Source of the DNA: an uncultured delta proteobacterium
GTDB taxonomy: Bacteria; Desulfobacterota; Desulfobacteria; Desulfobacterales; QNYZ01
Assembly (NCBI GenBank): GCA_963845145.1
Contig: CAWJQU010000004.1
Location: forward strand, 256,001 to 320,000
DNA: 64,000 nucleotides
Reading direction: 5' to 3'
A model generated the notes under the pieces. The model searched no databases. It saw only the letters and a program-made list of their open reading frames with translations, and had not been told where the DNA came from. The translations under genes were made by a program, and so were the position numbers. The first letter of the stretch is position 1. Each line of letters starts with the position of its first letter. This document shows, piece after piece, positions 20,975 to 31,987 of the stretch.

Positions 20975-21811
20975 ATGACCCCGGAGCCCTCCCGCTATCG
21001 CCTTCAAGTCGAAGAGGCCTTTGCCTGGATACGCAGCCAATCCGCTCATCGCCCGTTGGTGGGTATTTTAACCGGCACCGGACTGGGGGAGAGTGTCGAC
21101 AGCATGCAAATTCAGGCGGAATTCGGTTATGGGCATATTCCCCATTTCCCTCTTTCCACCGTTCAAAGTCATGCCGGTCGCTTACTGCTCGGCGAAGTAA
21201 GCGGTGTGCCGATGGTGGTCATGCAGGGACGATTTCATCTGTATGAAGGGTATTCGCCCAGCGAGGTCGTTTTTCCCATTCGGGTGATGCAGTTGCTGGG
21301 GGTTAAATATTTGATTATGACCAATGCGGCCGGCGGGCTCAATCCCGATTTCAAGCCCGGGGATATCATGCTGATTGCCGACCACATCAATCTCACCGGT
21401 GCCAATCCATTGGTGGGACATAACGAGGACGATTGGGGGGTGCGTTTTCCGGATATGGGCTTTGCCTACGATCCAGCCTTGATTCGAAAAACCGAATCTT
21501 TGGCCGGTTCATTGGATATTCCGCTTCAGAGAGGTGTATATGCCGGTTTAAAGGGGCCGTCATTGGAAACACCGGCCGAAATTCGGTTTTTGAGGACCGT
21601 CGGCGCGGATGCCGTGGGATTTTCCACGGTCCAGGAGGTTATTGCAGCGGTTCATGGCCGCATGAAAGTATTGGGGCTGTCCATTGTTACCAACGCCCAT
21701 AACCCCGATGCCCCGGAACCGGCCGATGTGGATGATATAATCGCTGTCGCCAACCAAACGGCCCCGACCCTGGGCCGGTTGATTGACGCTGTTATCGCCA
21801 GCCTAAATTGA
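20975..21811 (+). CDS. punA: Purine nucleoside phosphorylase (PNP-I type)
   Basis: GTGLG, QGRFHLYEG, TNAAGG, DHIN, GPSLETPAE. Confidence 0.92.
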   Translation: MTPEPSRYRLQVEEAFAWIRSQSAHRPLVGILTGTGLGESVDSMQIQAEFGYGHIPHFPLSTVQSHAGRLLLGEVSGVPMVVMQGRFHLYEGYSPSEVVFPIRVMQLLGVKYLIMTNAAGGLNPDFKPGDIMLIADHINLTGANPLVGHNEDDWGVRFPDMGFAYDPALIRKTESLAGSLDIPLQRGVYAGLKGPSLETPAEIRFLRTVGADAVGFSTVQEVIAAVHGRMKVLGLSIVTNAHNPDAPEPADVDDIIAVANQTAPTLGRLIDAVIASLN

Positions 21812-21823
21812 GCGATTTTTTCG
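21802..21823 (+). repeat. End fragment of the 20778 element; supplies the punA stop codon
   Basis: CCTAAATTGAGCGATTTTTTCG. Confidence 0.6.
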
Positions 21824-21839
21824 TTGTCAGGGCCATGCG

Positions 21840-23156
21840 CTAAGCACCGGACACCCAGTTTCGTACCAGAGACGCTTTTTCTTCGGCGGTGGCTAAGACT
21901 TCCATCAGATCGAGCGTTTGCAAATGCCTGTTTTCCATTACAATTCGGCCGTCTATGACCACATGCCGCACATCATGGCCGTTGGCAGCGTAGACTATTT
22001 GGGAGTAAGGATTGTACATAGGGGTCAGATGCGGCTGGTGATTATTGAGAACGATCAGGTCGGCCTGTTTGGCAATCTCGAGCGAGCCGATTTTATCGGC
22101 CATTCCCAGAACTTGCGCCCCACCGATGGTGGCCATTCTGAGAACTGTTTCGGCATTGAGCACCGTCGGGTCCATCGTATGAACTTTGGCCAATTTCGCG
22201 GCCGTGTCCATTTCGCCAAATAGATCGAGATTGTTATTCGAGGCACACCCGTCGGTACCGAGCCCTACCGGAATCGACCGGGAAATGAGGTCACCGACCG
22301 GGGAAATGCCCGAAGCGAGTTTTAAATTGCTCTCCGGGTTGTGAACCACCCGAACCCCGGTTTCGGCCAGTAAGTCCATCTCCGCTGAATTGACATGCAC
22401 CACATGATCGGCGATCAGACGTGGCGTCAATAGCCCCAAAACGGCCAAATGGGCGACGGGTCTCCGGTCATAGCGTTTCACAATCTCATCTGTCTCGGTG
22501 ATCGATTCGGCCAGGTGAATGATCAGGGGGACATCGTATTTTGCTGCCAGTTCATGGGTGTGGACCAGCAGGTCGGGGCTGCAGGTATACAGGGCGTGGG
22601 GTTCCACGGCAATGGAGATCAGGGGGTCTTCCCGCCATTCTTCAATTAATTTTTCGGTATAGGCGAATCCCGCCTCAATAGGGCCGTAGCTGGGTGATGG
22701 AAAATCATATAGCACTTCCCCGACCAGGCAGCGCATCCCAGCCTGATGGGCGGCCCGGGCGACCTCTTCGGTGAATAGATACATGTCGCAAAACGTTGTT
22801 GTGCCTGACGATATCATTTCGGCACAGGCCAATTGCGTGCCGGCAAAGACAAAATCGGCGTCCATTTCCTTTTCCGCCGGAAAAATGTACCGATTCAACC
22901 AGTCCATTAAGGGAAGATCATCGGCCAGCCCCCGAAACAGACTCATGGCCGCATGGGTATGGGCGTTGACCAGTCCAGGTAGAATTAATCCCCCCTCGGC
23001 ATCCATGGTGCGCTCGGCGTCAACACTCACCGATCCGCTGCCCAGATGGGTGATCCGGCCTTTACGAATGCCGATGAACCCATTGTTTAGGACTGAATGA
23101 TCCGGGTCCATGGTCAATATCGTCCCGTTATGAATCAACAGGTCCACTGGTTTCAT
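21840..23156 (-). CDS. MtaD/DadD-like amidohydrolase (MTA/SAH deaminase), paralog 1
   Basis: LVNAHTH, HLAE, HNPESNLKLASG, GTDGCASNN. Confidence 0.85.
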   Translation of the reverse strand: MKPVDLLIHNGTILTMDPDHSVLNNGFIGIRKGRITHLGSGSVSVDAERTMDAEGGLILPGLVNAHTHAAMSLFRGLADDLPLMDWLNRYIFPAEKEMDADFVFAGTQLACAEMISSGTTTFCDMYLFTEEVARAAHQAGMRCLVGEVLYDFPSPSYGPIEAGFAYTEKLIEEWREDPLISIAVEPHALYTCSPDLLVHTHELAAKYDVPLIIHLAESITETDEIVKRYDRRPVAHLAVLGLLTPRLIADHVVHVNSAEMDLLAETGVRVVHNPESNLKLASGISPVGDLISRSIPVGLGTDGCASNNNLDLFGEMDTAAKLAKVHTMDPTVLNAETVLRMATIGGAQVLGMADKIGSLEIAKQADLIVLNNHQPHLTPMYNPYSQIVYAANGHDVRHVVIDGRIVMENRHLQTLDLMEVLATAEEKASLVRNWVSGA

Positions 23157-23464
23157 GGCATCTCCCTTTCGCTTTGGCGCTTTTTTCCAACCGATTATAA
23201 TTTTCTGCCGTTTTATCCATCTCTTTGATGGTCGTCAACCGACCGGCTTAAAAATATGGTTTGGGTCGACCTGATGACGATAACCGAATTTAGGAATCTT
23301 CATAATTCTTCAATCAAAACCCTTTAAAATAGATTTTACTCGCAATTGCCTTGGGAGATAATTCACGGGATTGACAAATTACGTTCGGCCAGTGCAGACT
23401 TTATTGTAACCGACCATATATTCAGACTGCTACTGACCGATTGATATTTAAGGGGAGGAGATTG

Positions 23465-24778
23465 ATGACCTACGACCTTGTCATCCATAACGGTACCATT
23501 GTAACCGTAAATGAATCGGATGATGTCATCCGCAACGGGCGTGTCTGCATAAAGGATTCACGGCTGGTGGAGGTCGCCGGTTGTCGGAATAATACCCCTT
23601 TACCCAAGGCCGTCGAAACGATTGATGCGGGTGGGGGCCTGATCCTTCCGGGACTGGTCAATACCCATACGCATCTGCCCATGACCCTGTTCAGGGGGCT
23701 GGCTGACGATTTGCCTCTGGATATTTGGCTCAATGAACATATTTTTCCTGCTGAGGGCCGGCATATTCACCCTGCGACAGTTCGGAGCGGTGCCATGCTG
23801 GGTATCTCCGAATTGCTGTTGTCCGGCACAACCACGTGTTGCGATGGCTATTTCCATGAACACGCAGTGGCCGAAGCCATTGCTGTAGCCGGGCTTCGGG
23901 CCGTGGTTGGTCAGGGTGTCATTGATTTCCCCGCCCCCGGCGTTCCCGATCCATCCCAAAATGTTCTTATTGCCGAAACTTTTCTTGAGTGTTGGAAAAC
24001 CCGTGATACCAAGGTCACGCCCTCGGTGTTTTGCCACTCGCCTTACACCTGCAGCGCCAAAACCCTTGAAGCAGCTAAACAATTGGCGGAAGATAATGGT
24101 GTTCTTTTCCAGATCCATGCCGCCGAAACGCGAAACGAAGTGGAACAAAGCCTGGTCGCGCATGGGTTGACCCCCATCGCCCATCTCCATCGTATCGGCT
24201 TGCTGGATAAAAACACATTGTTGGTTCACTGTGTCCATCTCACCGAAGCCGATATTGAACTGATCGCGAAAACCGGAGCAAAAGTGTCACACAATCCCGA
24301 AAGTAACATGAAACTTGCCGCCGGGGTCGCGCCGATTCCCGATCTCTTATCCGCCGGCGTGACCGTGGGGTTGGGGACCGACGGTTGCGCTTCCAACAAC
24401 AATCTCGACCTGTTTGGTGAAATGGACACCATGGCCAAGTTGCACAAGGTGATCAGCGGCGACCCAACGGTTCTCGATGCCCGCACTGTTTTGAAAATGG
24501 CCACCCTTGACGGTGCACGCGCTATCGGGTTGGGAGATGTCACCGGATCCCTCGAAATCGGTAAAAAGGCCGATCTGATCATTTTGGACACATGCCGCCC
24601 GCATTTGACCCCGCTTTATCATCCCCGATCGCACGTGGTTTATGCTGCGCGAGGGAGCGATGTTACGCATACCATCGTGGATGGAAAGATCGTGGTGGCC
24701 GACGGCTGTCTGAAAACAATGGACCTTGAAGGCGTTTTGGAAGAGGTAAACAAGGTTAGTCGGTTGATCTCTTCCTGA
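23465..24778 (+). CDS. MtaD/DadD-like amidohydrolase, paralog 2
   Basis: LVNTHTH, HAAE, HNPESNMKLAAG, GTDGCASNN; RBS GGAGG before ATG 23465. Confidence 0.85.
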   Translation: MTYDLVIHNGTIVTVNESDDVIRNGRVCIKDSRLVEVAGCRNNTPLPKAVETIDAGGGLILPGLVNTHTHLPMTLFRGLADDLPLDIWLNEHIFPAEGRHIHPATVRSGAMLGISELLLSGTTTCCDGYFHEHAVAEAIAVAGLRAVVGQGVIDFPAPGVPDPSQNVLIAETFLECWKTRDTKVTPSVFCHSPYTCSAKTLEAAKQLAEDNGVLFQIHAAETRNEVEQSLVAHGLTPIAHLHRIGLLDKNTLLVHCVHLTEADIELIAKTGAKVSHNPESNMKLAAGVAPIPDLLSAGVTVGLGTDGCASNNNLDLFGEMDTMAKLHKVISGDPTVLDARTVLKMATLDGARAIGLGDVTGSLEIGKKADLIILDTCRPHLTPLYHPRSHVVYAARGSDVTHTIVDGKIVVADGCLKTMDLEGVLEEVNKVSRLISS

Positions 24779-24833
24779 CAGGACCGGTCCAATCAGATCT
24801 TCCATTGGTCAAAACTTCCACCGGTCAAGTTTT

Positions 24834-25331
24834 CTAATAGTTGATTCGTGAGTGCCTTGAGGGCGTATAAGGTGAAAACACATTCACCTGCTTATCAGGC
24901 CCGAATTTAATTCTTGTCATCGTATAGACGGAAAACCAGATACCCATGACGTTGCCGTCGGGGTCGACAATCTCAGCCCCACGCGGCGCTTTAAAGTCGG
25001 AACCGTAAAGCCGGTCGATCAGCCCAGCCAACTGTCCGTTCTCTTTCTGGCCGTCCTGTATTTTAACCGGTTTCCAAAATTTCAAGTCCAGCACGTAATC
25101 CTTTCTTATCCCCACAACGGCATACGGAATAGCTGCCCGTCCCGTATAATAGTAGTTGTACTCTGAAAGAATTTGTTTTTGCCTAAATATACCGGTAATT
25201 TCCGGGCTGGGTCGCAGCCATCCGAAACTTCCGCTGCAGCCGGCAAAAATAAGCACCGTTAAAAGGATCGTTCCCCGATTGAACCATCTGGGACTGATCC
25301 ATCTGGTTTTTATCGAACGCGCTCGTTTCAT
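24834..25331 (-). CDS. Hypothetical lipoprotein
   Basis: GGAGG RBS, lipobox FAGC. Confidence 0.65.
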   Translation of the reverse strand: MKRARSIKTRWISPRWFNRGTILLTVLIFAGCSGSFGWLRPSPEITGIFRQKQILSEYNYYYTGRAAIPYAVVGIRKDYVLDLKFWKPVKIQDGQKENGQLAGLIDRLYGSDFKAPRGAEIVDPDGNVMGIWFSVYTMTRIKFGPDKQVNVFSPYTPSRHSRINY

Positions 25332-25546
25332 CACCGGACCTCCTTTATGGTAATCTATACCCCTAAGTCGGTTGAAAGGCCTATTTCTTACAAATTTCCC
25401 CAATCGACGCCTCGAATTGACATCATAGATTAAGTAAAAACGGTAATGAAAGGCTAAAGGATGCGTTTGGGAGAGATCATTTCCGAAAAGACGAAACCGT
25501 CATCATGTGGCAAAATATAACCCGGTCTACATTCGTGCACCCCGGG

Positions 25547-25771
25547 TCAGGGCTCGAGCCCCTCATCTTGCAAGAGTCGCTCGTCTTTCCAATCTTTATC
25601 GATGCGGTATCTTTTTTTAACGAGAATGCGGTAGGCCAGGACCACCGTGGCGGGGTATTCGGTCCGGCGTTGGCAGAGCTCATTGTAATAGGTTTCGGCC
25701 TCATCGGCGCTGGTGAAAGTCTTTCTTTTGGCTTTTTTGGCATCTCCGATTCGAATCATAACGGAATACAT
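25547..25771 (-). CDS. Small hypothetical protein
   Basis: Start overlaps the stop of the upstream PRT gene (TAATG coupling). Confidence 0.55.
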   Translation of the reverse strand: MYSVMIRIGDAKKAKRKTFTSADEAETYYNELCQRRTEYPATVVLAYRILVKKRYRIDKDWKDERLLQDEGLEP

Positions 25772-26349
25772 TAGCAGCGGTCCTTTGCAATCTTCGATTG
25801 GTTAATAATGGCATGCACATCGGGCTTATATTGCTTGATTTCCTCTTTTGACAATCCATCCAGTTCGTGGGGAAAGATGAGCCACTGATTGGTGGCATGG
25901 ATATAGTAGTCGGGCGTAAAATCCGCCTTTCTTTTTTGGGGTTTATAGTAAACCGTAGCAGTACGAATATCTTCGGGTGTATTCCTGCGCGCTTCTTTTT
26001 TAAGCGCTTGGATGACCGCTTCGATACTTAACCCCGTGTCGAACACATCGTCCACGATAAGCAGGCGATCCTCGGCATTGATATGATCCACAATATATTG
26101 TAGTGCATGAACCCGTATCTTTTTTTTCATTTGGTTGATGCCCTTATAAGCGGAGGTGCGAATGGCGATATGGTCGGTCTTCACACCGTAATAATCGAGA
26201 AGTTCCTGTACAGCAATACCCACGGGTGTCCCACCGCGCCATATCCCGACAATGAAATTGGGTTGAAAGCCGCTTTCAAGGATCGCTATTCCCAATTTAA
26301 AGGAGTCTTCCAAAAGTTGATTTGCATCAATATAAATTTTATCCGTCAT
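25771..26349 (-). CDS. Purine phosphoribosyltransferase (Hpt/Gpt-like)
   Basis: WRGG, LLIVDDVFDTG PRPP-binding motif, WLIFPHE. Confidence 0.88.
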   Translation of the reverse strand: MTDKIYIDANQLLEDSFKLGIAILESGFQPNFIVGIWRGGTPVGIAVQELLDYYGVKTDHIAIRTSAYKGINQMKKKIRVHALQYIVDHINAEDRLLIVDDVFDTGLSIEAVIQALKKEARRNTPEDIRTATVYYKPQKRKADFTPDYYIHATNQWLIFPHELDGLSKEEIKQYKPDVHAIINQSKIAKDRC

Positions 26350-26477
26350 GAAATGATCTCTTCGCTGTGGAGGTAAAAAACGTCTTTCGGTTGGGTCCTT
26401 ATTGTTTCAGGGATATTGCTGAGTTCAAACCAATCCAAATTATTGATGAATGCACGAAAACTTTTATTAAGCATAGA

Positions 26478-26551
26478 GAAAGTAGTCCGTTTATGTCGGA
26501 CAAGTCCACGATGCCATGAATCACGCGTGATGAGGCATACGTTCGTATGCC
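26478..26551 (-). repeat. Degenerate copy of the intergenic repeat at 60110
   Basis: Minus strand GGCATACGAACGTATGCCTCATCACGCGTGATTC resembles GGTATACGAAGAGTACGCCTCATCACACGAGATTC at ~60167. Confidence 0.5.
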
Positions 26552-26674
26552 AGGAAGACCATACCATTACGCATGTGGTTGATTTCGGTCTATTTTATGC
26601 GTAACCGTCATATTTGTTTAGCCCAAGATTGTCAATCCACTCTAGAATTCTAGATTAATCTCGATTTCAAAGGT

Positions 26675-28240
26675 GTGCCCGTGTCTTCCAAAGATTTGAT
26701 TTTATCTATCGATAACGGTACCCAGAGTCTCAAGGCGTTGGTTTTTGATTTAAAGGGTGATCTGTATGCGGCGGCGAAGGTAACCTTTGAACCGTATGTA
26801 ACGCCCAAACCGGGATGGGCGGAGCAAGACCCGGATCTCTTCTGGCAGGCTTTGTGTGATGCCTGTCAAAAATTGTGGCATGATGATGAGACCTTGGCGG
26901 AACGGATTGCCGGTGTTGCCCTGACGACCCAGCGGGCGACAGTGGTACCGGTGGATTCAGACGGGAAGCCGCTGCGGCCCGCCATTTTGTGGTTAGATCA
27001 GCGCAGAAGCCATGGTTTGCCCCCTCTCTCCGGTCCGTGGGGGATTTTATTCAAAATAGCCGGTTTGTCCAAAACCATCGCCTACCTCATGGCCGAAGCC
27101 GAGGCCAACTGGATTCGCATCCACGAACCTCATGTCTGGGAGCGCATCGATAAATATCTGCTGTTGTCCGGCTATCTGTCCTATCGGCTCACGGGTGAAT
27201 TTACGGATTCCATCGGCTGCCAGGTCGGATATATTCCATTTGATTACAAGCATTTACGATGGGCATCGGAATGGAGCTGGAAGTGGCGCTGTTTACCGTT
27301 GCGCCCGGAGATGCTTCCCCGCCTGGTTGAACCGACGCAGGCATTGGGTATCATCACTGAATCGGCCGCTCGCCAAACAGGTATTCCCGCCGGCCTTCCC
27401 CTGGTGGCCGCGGCAACGGACAAGGCTTGTGAGGTGATTGGTGCGGGTGCCCTCGACCCCACTGTGGGATGTTTGAGCTACGGTACGGCGGCCACTATCA
27501 ACGTCACCGAAAAACGCTATATTGAATCGATTCGACTTTTGCCCGCCTATCCATCGGCTGTCCCCGGGCATCACACGATGGAGGTGCTCGTTTATCGCGG
27601 GTACTGGATGGTAAACTGGTTCAAGCGGGAATTCGGGCACCCGGAATGCGGGCAATCACTAAAAACGGAAAAAGTCCCGGAAGAATTGTTTGAGAACCTT
27701 TTGGCCGCGACACCTCCCGGCAGCATGGGCTTGACGCTTCAACCCTATTGGTCTCCCGGACTCAAATCTCCGGGGCCGGAGGCCAAAGGGGCGATGATCG
27801 GCTTCGGAGATGTCCATCGCCGGGAATATGTGTATCGTGCCATTCTGGAAGGATTGGCCTATGCTTTAAGAGAGGGCCTGGAGCGGATTGAAAGGCGCAG
27901 TGGTCGTACCATTACCAGCCTGCGGGTCTCCGGGGGCGGGTCTCAGAGCAACGGGGCATTGCAATTAACAGCGGATATCTTCGGGTTGCCCGCGGCCCGT
28001 CCCCATATCTATGAAACATCGGGCTTGGGTGCCGCAATCGATGCCGCTGTGGGGCTTGGATTGTTTGGTGATTTTAAATCGGCGATAGACGCCATGACAC
28101 GTACGAGCGATGTTTTCGAGCCGAACCCCGCTCATCACCGTCGGTACGACGCCCTTTATCGGCAGGTGTACCTGAAAATGTACAAGCGTTTGAAGCCTTT
28201 GTACGAAAAAATCAGGGAAATTGTGGGATATCCGGATTGA
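26675..28240 (+). CDS. FGGY-family carbohydrate kinase
   Basis: [36 protein letters not shown]. Confidence 0.93.
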   Translation: MPVSSKDLILSIDNGTQSLKALVFDLKGDLYAAAKVTFEPYVTPKPGWAEQDPDLFWQALCDACQKLWHDDETLAERIAGVALTTQRATVVPVDSDGKPLRPAILWLDQRRSHGLPPLSGPWGILFKIAGLSKTIAYLMAEAEANWIRIHEPHVWERIDKYLLLSGYLSYRLTGEFTDSIGCQVGYIPFDYKHLRWASEWSWKWRCLPLRPEMLPRLVEPTQALGIITESAARQTGIPAGLPLVAAATDKACEVIGAGALDPTVGCLSYGTAATINVTEKRYIESIRLLPAYPSAVPGHHTMEVLVYRGYWMVNWFKREFGHPECGQSLKTEKVPEELFENLLAATPPGSMGLTLQPYWSPGLKSPGPEAKGAMIGFGDVHRREYVYRAILEGLAYALREGLERIERRSGRTITSLRVSGGGSQSNGALQLTADIFGLPAARPHIYETSGLGAAIDAAVGLGLFGDFKSAIDAMTRTSDVFEPNPAHHRRYDALYRQVYLKMYKRLKPLYEKIREIVGYPD

Positions 28241-28247
28241 TACGCGT

Positions 28248-28484
28248 TTAATCCGCTTGGGCGACCTTTGGTCGCAGCCGGGCGTTTCGAATTTTAAAGA
28301 CACCCAGCCCGATGCCCGCGGCTATCAGGATCAGTCCCAAAATGACCCACCCCCCTGCATCGTATTCTTTTACGTTGGGGACACTGACCAGTTCAAAAGC
28401 GTAGTACAAAGTGGCTAAACCGATCAAGCCCAATCCCAAGGCGGCAAGATAAGATATCAGGTTTGCTTGGCTTTTTTTCATCAA
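28248..28484 (-). CDS. Small two-TM membrane protein
   Basis: Two hydrophobic helices, positive C-terminus. Confidence 0.6.
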   Translation of the reverse strand: MMKKSQANLISYLAALGLGLIGLATLYYAFELVSVPNVKEYDAGGWVILGLILIAAGIGLGVFKIRNARLRPKVAQAD

Positions 28485-28581
28485 ATCATTCCATGTGATG
28501 ATATCGTCAGCGATTACGACTTATGCTATAGTTGAATCCGAAGCGTGTGACAAGGTATAATCTACTTAAGCGTTAAAACCT

Positions 28582-29661
28582 ATGGTTGGAAAACAGCTCG
28601 ACTTTTACGCCGGAACACGGGCCTTGCAACGAATTCGCTCGGAAGGCTTGAAAGCCGATGACATACGTGTCATGGCGGGCGCAGCCGGTGGTCCTAAGTG
28701 GCTCATTCTCGGCCAACTGGACCGGGCACTTTTTTCTTCCTGGTTTAAAGGGCGTAAGAAGCCCCTTTATCTGGTGGGATCGTCCTCAGGTGCCTGGCGG
28801 TTTGCCATGGCCGCCCAAACCGATCCGGCCGCGGCTGTAACGCGATTTGCGCACGCCTATATCCACCAGTACTATACCGAGAATCCAACCCCGGCCGACA
28901 TTCGGCGCGAGGCCATTCGTATTTTAGACGAGGCTGTACCTAAGGGTGTCGCAGCGGACATACTGGGCCACCCTTTTTTACGTATCAATATCATGGCCGT
29001 TCGTTGCAAGGGGCCGGTTGCATCGGATGTGAAACCGATCCAGACGGCAGGCATGCTCGCGGCGATGGCACTCAACACTATCCGCCGGCGGGGATTGGGG
29101 CTTTTATTTGACCGGGTGCTATTCTACGACCCGAGAAACCGGCCGCCCATTGGAAAGAGAGGTGAATTCCCCCTTGTACGCGTTTCTCTGAGTCGAGCCA
29201 ATTTTCAACCGGCCTTGATGGCTTCCGGTGCCATTCCACTGATCATGCCGGGCGTTACCGGTATTGCCGGTGCGCCACCCGGTATCTATCGCGATGGCGG
29301 GGTGATCGATTACCACATGGACCTGCCCTGGTCATTGAACGACGGCATTGTTCTTTTCCCCCATTACAGCGACCGGATTATCCCCGGTTGGCTGGATAAA
29401 CGCTTTACATGGCGCCATCCCTCTCCCCTTGATGCGGTGGATCTATTGATGGTCTGTCCATCCAAGGCCTTTCTTGCATCGCTGCCCTATGGTAAAATTC
29501 CCGATCGAAACGATTTTTATCGATTGGCAGGAAAAGACAAAGAGCGTGTCGCCTATTGGTGGCAGGCGTACGAGGCCGGACAGCGGTTGGGCGATGAATT
29601 TATGACGGCGGTTTTGTCCGGCCGCATCAGGGAATGGGTCCGCCCACTGCCGTGGGCATAA
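28582..29661 (+). CDS. Patatin-like phospholipase
   Basis: AAGGPK, GSSSG nucleophile elbow, DGG. Confidence 0.8.
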   Translation: MVGKQLDFYAGTRALQRIRSEGLKADDIRVMAGAAGGPKWLILGQLDRALFSSWFKGRKKPLYLVGSSSGAWRFAMAAQTDPAAAVTRFAHAYIHQYYTENPTPADIRREAIRILDEAVPKGVAADILGHPFLRINIMAVRCKGPVASDVKPIQTAGMLAAMALNTIRRRGLGLLFDRVLFYDPRNRPPIGKRGEFPLVRVSLSRANFQPALMASGAIPLIMPGVTGIAGAPPGIYRDGGVIDYHMDLPWSLNDGIVLFPHYSDRIIPGWLDKRFTWRHPSPLDAVDLLMVCPSKAFLASLPYGKIPDRNDFYRLAGKDKERVAYWWQAYEAGQRLGDEFMTAVLSGRIREWVRPLPWA

Positions 29662-29766
29662 ATAACCTAAGGCTAAAAGAAACAGCGCTCTGACGCTATC
29701 AAATCAATGTTGAACTTCCCGGATTGGCAAAATTCGGTTGTTGTGGTTTATAGTGGGATCATAGAT

Positions 29767-30207
29767 ATGGGAAAACAAGTAGATCCGGCCATGCATTCCG
29801 CCGAGCATATTTTAAATCAAACGATGGACCGTTTGTTCAATTGCGGTCGATGCTACAGTGCCCACATCGAGAAAAAGAAATCCAAGTGCGATTATCATTT
29901 TGACCGGTCATTGGTCGAAGGGGAGGTTCAAACCGTTGAATCCCGGGTGAATGCCGTGATTGGGCAGGGCCTTGCCATTACCGAAGCCTGGATTCCCCTG
30001 GCCGAGGCCGAGAAATCCTATCATCTTGAGCGTCTGCCGGCAAATGCCGGCGATAATATTCGGCTTGTGAAAATAGGGGATTACGATACCTGTCCGTGCA
30101 TCGGGGTACATGTTCGCACTACGGATGAAATTGGCCAATTCCGTATTACCACCACAAGTTTCGATTCGGGCGTGCTGAGGATCCGTTTTAAGCTTAAACG
30201 GCAATGA
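29767..30207 (+). CDS. Stand-alone AlaX-type tRNA editing protein
   Basis: HSAEH and CIGVH zinc motifs. Confidence 0.8.
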   Translation: MGKQVDPAMHSAEHILNQTMDRLFNCGRCYSAHIEKKKSKCDYHFDRSLVEGEVQTVESRVNAVIGQGLAITEAWIPLAEAEKSYHLERLPANAGDNIRLVKIGDYDTCPCIGVHVRTTDEIGQFRITTTSFDSGVLRIRFKLKRQ

Positions 30208-30303
30208 CCTAAATCTATCGTGATCTATCGCGTTTTAAACTCAATTTTTAAGCAACGTTGGGGTTTACTGTCCGCTTCTTAAACTTTAAAGCGTTCGGGG
30301 AGA

Positions 30304-31104
30304 TTAGGGCGTTTTTTGACGAAACTGGGCAACTTGCCTCGAAAGGGCAATGATATTCCCGGCCTCATCCCATATTTCACCATCCTCTTCTATCAATCCA
30401 CAGCTCACAAAACGGGTTCTAAATACACATTTTAGCCAATGCGTTTCAGGAATGTTTCGAATATTGACCGTAAATTCCAGGGTAGGAACCCATGCAACCA
30501 TTCCCTGGCTCGCGAGGATTGCCGGTGGAAACGAGTCGGCCATCAGAGCAATTGAGTAAATGTCGACGGGACGGGTATTTTTAAATTTTATCCACCCCTT
30601 AATCTCAGATTTTTTCGACATTTCTCCTTTTATCCAACCGGCGCAAGTCGGATCCAGGCGGATATCCATATTGTGAAAAATGGTGTAATTCGGTATTTCG
30701 GGGATGCGAATACATTCTGCCCGGGAAGAGATGAGCGGTGGCGATTTTTCATATCTTTCCGTCAGGCAGGCATCCTTATCTGTATCTGTCGCAAATGTCC
30801 CAAACATACGGACTTTTTCTTCTCCACCCTGGCATAGCTTCCCTCCGAGGCGGTTAAACTGCCTGGATTGCTTAATCGGCTCTACTTCTATAACGGCTTC
30901 GCCCGGCCGGCTGCGGGAGATATAATTGGCGGTTAATATAGGGGTTGACTTATGCTCACTGCATTGCATCATGGCGTTGGTGATGATGGCCATGAGGTAG
31001 CCCCCATCGGGGATACCGTTGACAGACCAGTTGTCCGAAACAACGGCGTTAAAAAAAGATGGATTTTGTGCGGTTATGTCTATGTCTTGATCAAATATAT
31101 GCAT
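30304..31104 (-). CDS. Double hotdog acyl-CoA thioesterase
   Basis: PDGGYL, ADSFPP, WVPTLE, EDGEIWD...SRQ. Confidence 0.85.
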   Translation of the reverse strand: MHIFDQDIDITAQNPSFFNAVVSDNWSVNGIPDGGYLMAIITNAMMQCSEHKSTPILTANYISRSRPGEAVIEVEPIKQSRQFNRLGGKLCQGGEEKVRMFGTFATDTDKDACLTERYEKSPPLISSRAECIRIPEIPNYTIFHNMDIRLDPTCAGWIKGEMSKKSEIKGWIKFKNTRPVDIYSIALMADSFPPAILASQGMVAWVPTLEFTVNIRNIPETHWLKCVFRTRFVSCGLIEEDGEIWDEAGNIIALSRQVAQFRQKTP

Positions 31105-31105
31105 T

Positions 31106-31987
31106 CTATTTTTCCAATCGTGTTTTTGGTCGTGCATCTGGTCGCGCTACGGGTCGCGCTACCGGTTCCTGCCTCGCCATAACCGGACGATCTATGAGCG
31201 TTGCCAGGGGAATTATTTCCAGGTTTTTTTTTCGAATTTCAGACAATAGGCGGTCGATTTCATTTAGCCAAAAGGTAGTCATACCCCCTTTTCGAGGGGG
31301 CGTGTCATGAAGCATGATGATATCTCCAGAGCGAAGTCGTCTGAGAATTTTTTTTGACAGGTGACGAATCTTCCGATTTCCCATATCCCCGGCCCGACAG
31401 CTGAAATTGACGGCGTACAGCTTCATTTTTTTAAGAATATGGCCCAATTTAGGATTGGTGATGCCAACCGGAGGCCTGAATGTGAGGGGGTAAACTTCCA
31501 GGCGACTCAGCACATCCTGGGTCTTTTCGATCTCTCTTTTCAGAACTGCAGACCTTTTAAGCATAATAAAATTATCATGGCTATAAGAGTGGTTTCCAAT
31601 GGTATGCCCCAAAGAAACCATCTTTTGAACCAGCGCGGGATGCTGTTCGGCGTGGCTGCCGGTGACGTAAAAGGTTGCGCTGATCTTGTGTTTAGTTAGA
31701 AGGCCCAAAAGTGCCGGTGTTGTGACCGGATTGGGCCCATCGTCAAAGGTTATTGCGACGGCCTGCTTGTTAGAAGGGCCGCGACTGACAATGGGCAGAA
31801 AAAAACTGAATCCCGGTAAAAACGGCGCAATGAAGCAGGTCGCGATAAAAAGAAGCAGCGGTAGCGTTGACCAAAAAAGGCTGAAGGGCGCTGCCAGAAG
31901 AAAAAACAGTATTGCAATCAACCCGATTCGGGCGGCAGGGGTGAAATCTTCGGGAATGAGGGCGTATTTTTTCCGGCTGAGTTTCAT
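31106..31987 (-). CDS. Membrane-anchored polysaccharide deacetylase (CE4)
   Basis: TFDDGP, HSYSH, RPPVG, MLHD. Confidence 0.9.
   Translation of the reverse strand: MKLSRKKYALIPEDFTPAARIGLIAILFFLLAAPFSLFWSTLPLLLFIATCFIAPFLPGFSFFLPIVSRGPSNKQAVAITFDDGPNPVTTPALLGLLTKHKISATFYVTGSHAEQHPALVQKMVSLGHTIGNHSYSHDNFIMLKRSAVLKREIEKTQDVLSRLEVYPLTFRPPVGITNPKLGHILKKMKLYAVNFSCRAGDMGNRKIRHLSKKILRRLRSGDIIMLHDTPPRKGGMTTFWLNEIDRLLSEIRKKNLEIIPLATLIDRPVMARQEPVARPVARPDARPKTRLEK

Noticed and set aside
25440..25549. Sec readthrough of the small ORF ending LEP-UGA
   Set aside because: No redox motif, no recognisable downstream domain, no convincing hairpin
26350..26640. Purine riboswitch upstream of the PRT gene
   Set aside because: No aptamer core recognised; the structured part is better explained as a degenerate repeat
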